This document shows positions 61,145 through 64,000 of a DNA stretch of 64,000 nt, piece after piece; positions within the stretch are counted from its first letter, which is position 1, and each line of letters starts with the position of its first letter. The DNA is from Mobula hypostoma (lineage: Eukaryota): NCBI RefSeq assembly GCF_963921235.1, contig NC_086101.1:11968001-12032000 (forward strand), read 5' to 3'. The notes below the pieces were generated by a model. The model had not been told where the DNA came from, searched no databases, and saw only the letters and a program-made list of their open reading frames with translations. The translations under genes and the position numbers were made by a program.

Positions 61145-62190
61145 CATTTCCAGAGCAAGTATACAGTGCTGCAGCTTTATAAGGCATTGGTGTGACCACG
61201 TTGCCAGTGATCAGTGGTGTTCCACTGGAGTGAGTGTTGGAACCTCTTCACATTTTTTTGTCAGTGATTTAGATGACAGAATTGATGGCTTCATGGCTAA
61301 GCGTGCAGACGATAGGTTGAGGGGCAGGTAGTCTTTAGAAAGCGGGGTCTGCAGAGATCTTGATAGATTGGGAAAATGGGCAAAGATGTGGTAGATGGAA
61401 TATAGTGTAGGGAAGTGTATGGTCATACACTTTGGTAGAAGGAATAAAGGTGTAGACAATTTCTGACTGGGAGGAAATTCAGAAGTCCGAGGTGCAAAGG
61501 GACTTGGGAGTTCTTGTGTAGGATTCTCTAAAGATTAACTTGTAGGTTGAGTCGGTGGTAAGGAAGGCAAATGTGATGTTAGCAGTCATTTTGAGAGAAC
61601 TAGAATATAAGAGCAAGGATTTGATGCTGAGTCTTTAATAAGGCATTGTTCAGACCAAACTTGGGAATATTGTGAGCAATTTTAGTCCCCCTATCTAAGA
61701 AAAGATGTGTTGACATTGGAGAGGGTCCAGAGGAGGTTCACAAGAATTATCCCAGGAATGAAAGGGTTAATATTTGAGGAACATTTGACGGCTCTGGGCC
61801 TGTACTTCCTTTAGTTTAGAAGAATGGGGGGGAGGGGGAGCGCGTGGAATGGCATCTCAATGAAACCTATCACATAAATGAAAGATCTAAATAGTGTGGA
61901 CATGGAAAGCATGATTCCAATATTGGTTGAGTCTACAACAAGAGAGTGTTACCTCAGAATAGAAGGACGTCCCTTTAGAATGGAGATGAGGAAATTCTTC
62001 AACCAGAGGGTGGTGTATCTGGAATTCACTGCCACAAAAGCTGTGCAGGTCATGTCATTGGGTAAATTTAAAGTGGAGGTTGATAGGTTCTTGATTAGTA
62101 AGGGCATCAAAGGGTACAGGGAAAAGGCTGGAGCGTGGGGTTGAGAAGGAAGCTAAATCTTTATGGACTAATTCTTCTTCTATGTCTTGA
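61145..62190 (+). mobile_element. CR1 ORF2 3' part, degraded
   Basis: 'atcagtggtgttccactggagtgagtgttgg', MEYSVGKC, LRIEGRPFRMEMRKFFNQRVV. Confidence 0.8.
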
Positions 62191-62959
62191 GGTTTTATTG
62201 GATGGGATGAAGAACCATTAACAAGGCTTTTGCTTCTAACTTATTACCTCAGTTAGGCATGCAGCCTCTGGTTACTTGGCTGTGGAAGTGTTAACTAATG
62301 TGGGCAAGTCTGGGCCTTGTTGGACTCACTAAGGCCTCGTGACAGGAAATAATGCCTAAAAGGAAAAACTTAATGCTATTGTAAATCTATTACAGCTTAT
62401 TGGGAAGTGTCTGGAGTTTGTCTCACTGATCCAGTGGTAATGTAATATCCACATTCCCTGATTTAAGTCTCACTGATGCAAGGGTGATGGCTCTCCTTCG
62501 TAAACTGTAGCAGAGTGCTTTGATAGTAATTAATTTTAAATCTTGATCATTTTATTACCTCGGGCTTATGGTGGGATGGAAATTTGATAAGTGGAGCTAT
62601 GATCTTACTGAATGTCACTGCCACTTTTTATAATACTGTTTATTTTGTAAATATATGCTGGTATTTGTGCATTCCACATTTATTCCACATCTGTACTTCT
62701 AACTTTATTTTAATATAAATCTTTATTGATAATTGTTGAAAGTTGTTTTTTTTGTTGCCTATCGTGCCAGCTCGCCTAATACACGTGAGTGTATATGGAG
62801 AACAAAGTTGATCCCGGAATCATCTTCCACAAGGAATTGAAGCACTTGCCACTGCTGGTGTGCGCTTCAAATTCAGAAAGGCAAGATATCGAACTATTCC
62901 GTAAATTGTGGAATAGTTGAGTAACTGTTATTGATAGATCATTATGATTGTGGTGAGTG

Positions 62960-63335
62960 GTAGGGTGGAGATGCGTCTCAACCCAAGGAGGTGTGAGGTG
63001 CTCCTTCCCTCTGCTAGCCTGCGGCTCACCCTTGGGCAAGGTGTGGCACCTGCTTACCACCACCGCCCCCTCTCTCCCACCACTTCCTCCATTTAGGGTC
63101 ACATAAAGCCATGAGAGCAGGTGGTGCATATCAGAGTCCTGGTTATGTGGCCACTGACGCCGGGCAGGCAATCTCTGAAGAGTACTGATAATGGCTGGAG
63201 TCACCCGTTGTGTAAAGGCACTGCTCAGAAGAAGGCAATGGCAAACCATTTCTGTAGAAAAATTTGTCAAGAGCAATCATGGTCATGAGAGCATGATCAC
63301 TTATGCCATACCGTACAGCACATAATGATGATGAA
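62960..63335 (+). mobile_element. RTE-partnered SINE-like element
   Basis: 3' end 'gaagaaggcaatggcaaacca...cataatgatgatga' is an RTE-type tail. Confidence 0.5.
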
Positions 63336-63908
63336 TTTGATATTGTAAATTCAAGGGTTCTCTCCTCTGGCAATTGGTTTAATATTGTACAGTGAGAAGC
63401 TCTGTGAACCACTCAGCCAGGTCGTTCCACATGTAAGTACATGAAGGTAGTACAAGAGGAGAAGCAATTGACTTAAATATATTGATTCAGTTACAGCAAC
63501 AGTGCAGGTCGTCAAATAAGGTGCAAAAGCCATGACGATGTAGACTGACTGATCAGCAGCTCTTTATTGTACAAAAGGCCCATTGAAGAGTAATTTAAAA
63601 TATGGAGTTGTCCCTGTGCCTGGTGGTGCATTCTGTCAAGCTTTTGTATCTTCTGCCCAATGGAAGTGTGGATAAGGGGTGGGAAAAGTTTTTGATGGTG
63701 CTGTCTGCGTTCCCGAGGCAGCTGGTAGTGTAGATGGAGTCAGCAGAAGGACGTTGGTTTCCAAGATAGACTCGGGCTGTGTTCACAACTCTTGTGGCCT
63801 CAGGCAGAGCGATCATCACCCCAAGCTCTGCCAAGTTCCTCAGTGTCCCGGCTGTAGCTGCTCTGCTGAATGATCAATAACGCTCACTGTTCTTTCTCCG
63901 TTCCATAG

Positions 63909-63983
63909 CTGCCAACACGGAGGAAGAGGCCACTCAGGTGTACACCAGTGACTGTCCAAGCTTCAACCAAGAACCTCAAGGTG
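63909..63983 (+). CDS. MDC1: MDC1 coding exon 6 (A-ANTEEEATQVYTSDCPSFNQEPQG); gene continues beyond the window
   Basis: Acceptor 'tctttctccgttccatag', donor 'G|gtaagc'; 75 nt, phase 1-1; EEEATQVY is a TQxF-like motif. Confidence 0.82.
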
Positions 63984-64000
63984 GTAAGCGAGGCAGTGCA

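Overview
Repeat-rich vertebrate genomic DNA. The repeat complement (CR1 and Rex1/Babar-like LINEs, Penelope-like elements, V-SINE/HE1-like SINEs) suggests a cartilaginous fish, probably a ray (inference). Two + strand host genes can be reconstructed by splice-site and phase logic. (1) The 3' part of a FAM111-family serine-protease gene: candidate exons 1099-1162 and 12727-12890 splice in frame to a large terminal exon 26214-28091 with a complete His/Asp/Ser triad. (2) The 5' part of MDC1: CpG-rich promoter ~32400-33090 and coding exons 33090-33210, 46512-47036, 52596-52674, 56254-56837, 59402-59503 and 63909-63983, encoding the N-terminal TQ, FHA domain, SDT and TQxF motifs. The rest is mostly decayed or nested transposable elements, including a full-length Buster/SPIN-type hAT with an 8-bp TSD, a Tc1 with long TIRs, two Tigger derivatives and two copies of a three-TIR MITE. 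The most notable observations are a possible alternative short terminal exon for the FAM111 gene, a decayed FAM111 protease-domain relic, and a 734-bp tandem duplication with a templated junction. No CRISPR array, rRNA or intact tRNA was seen, and no clearly new biological system can be established from the sequence alone.
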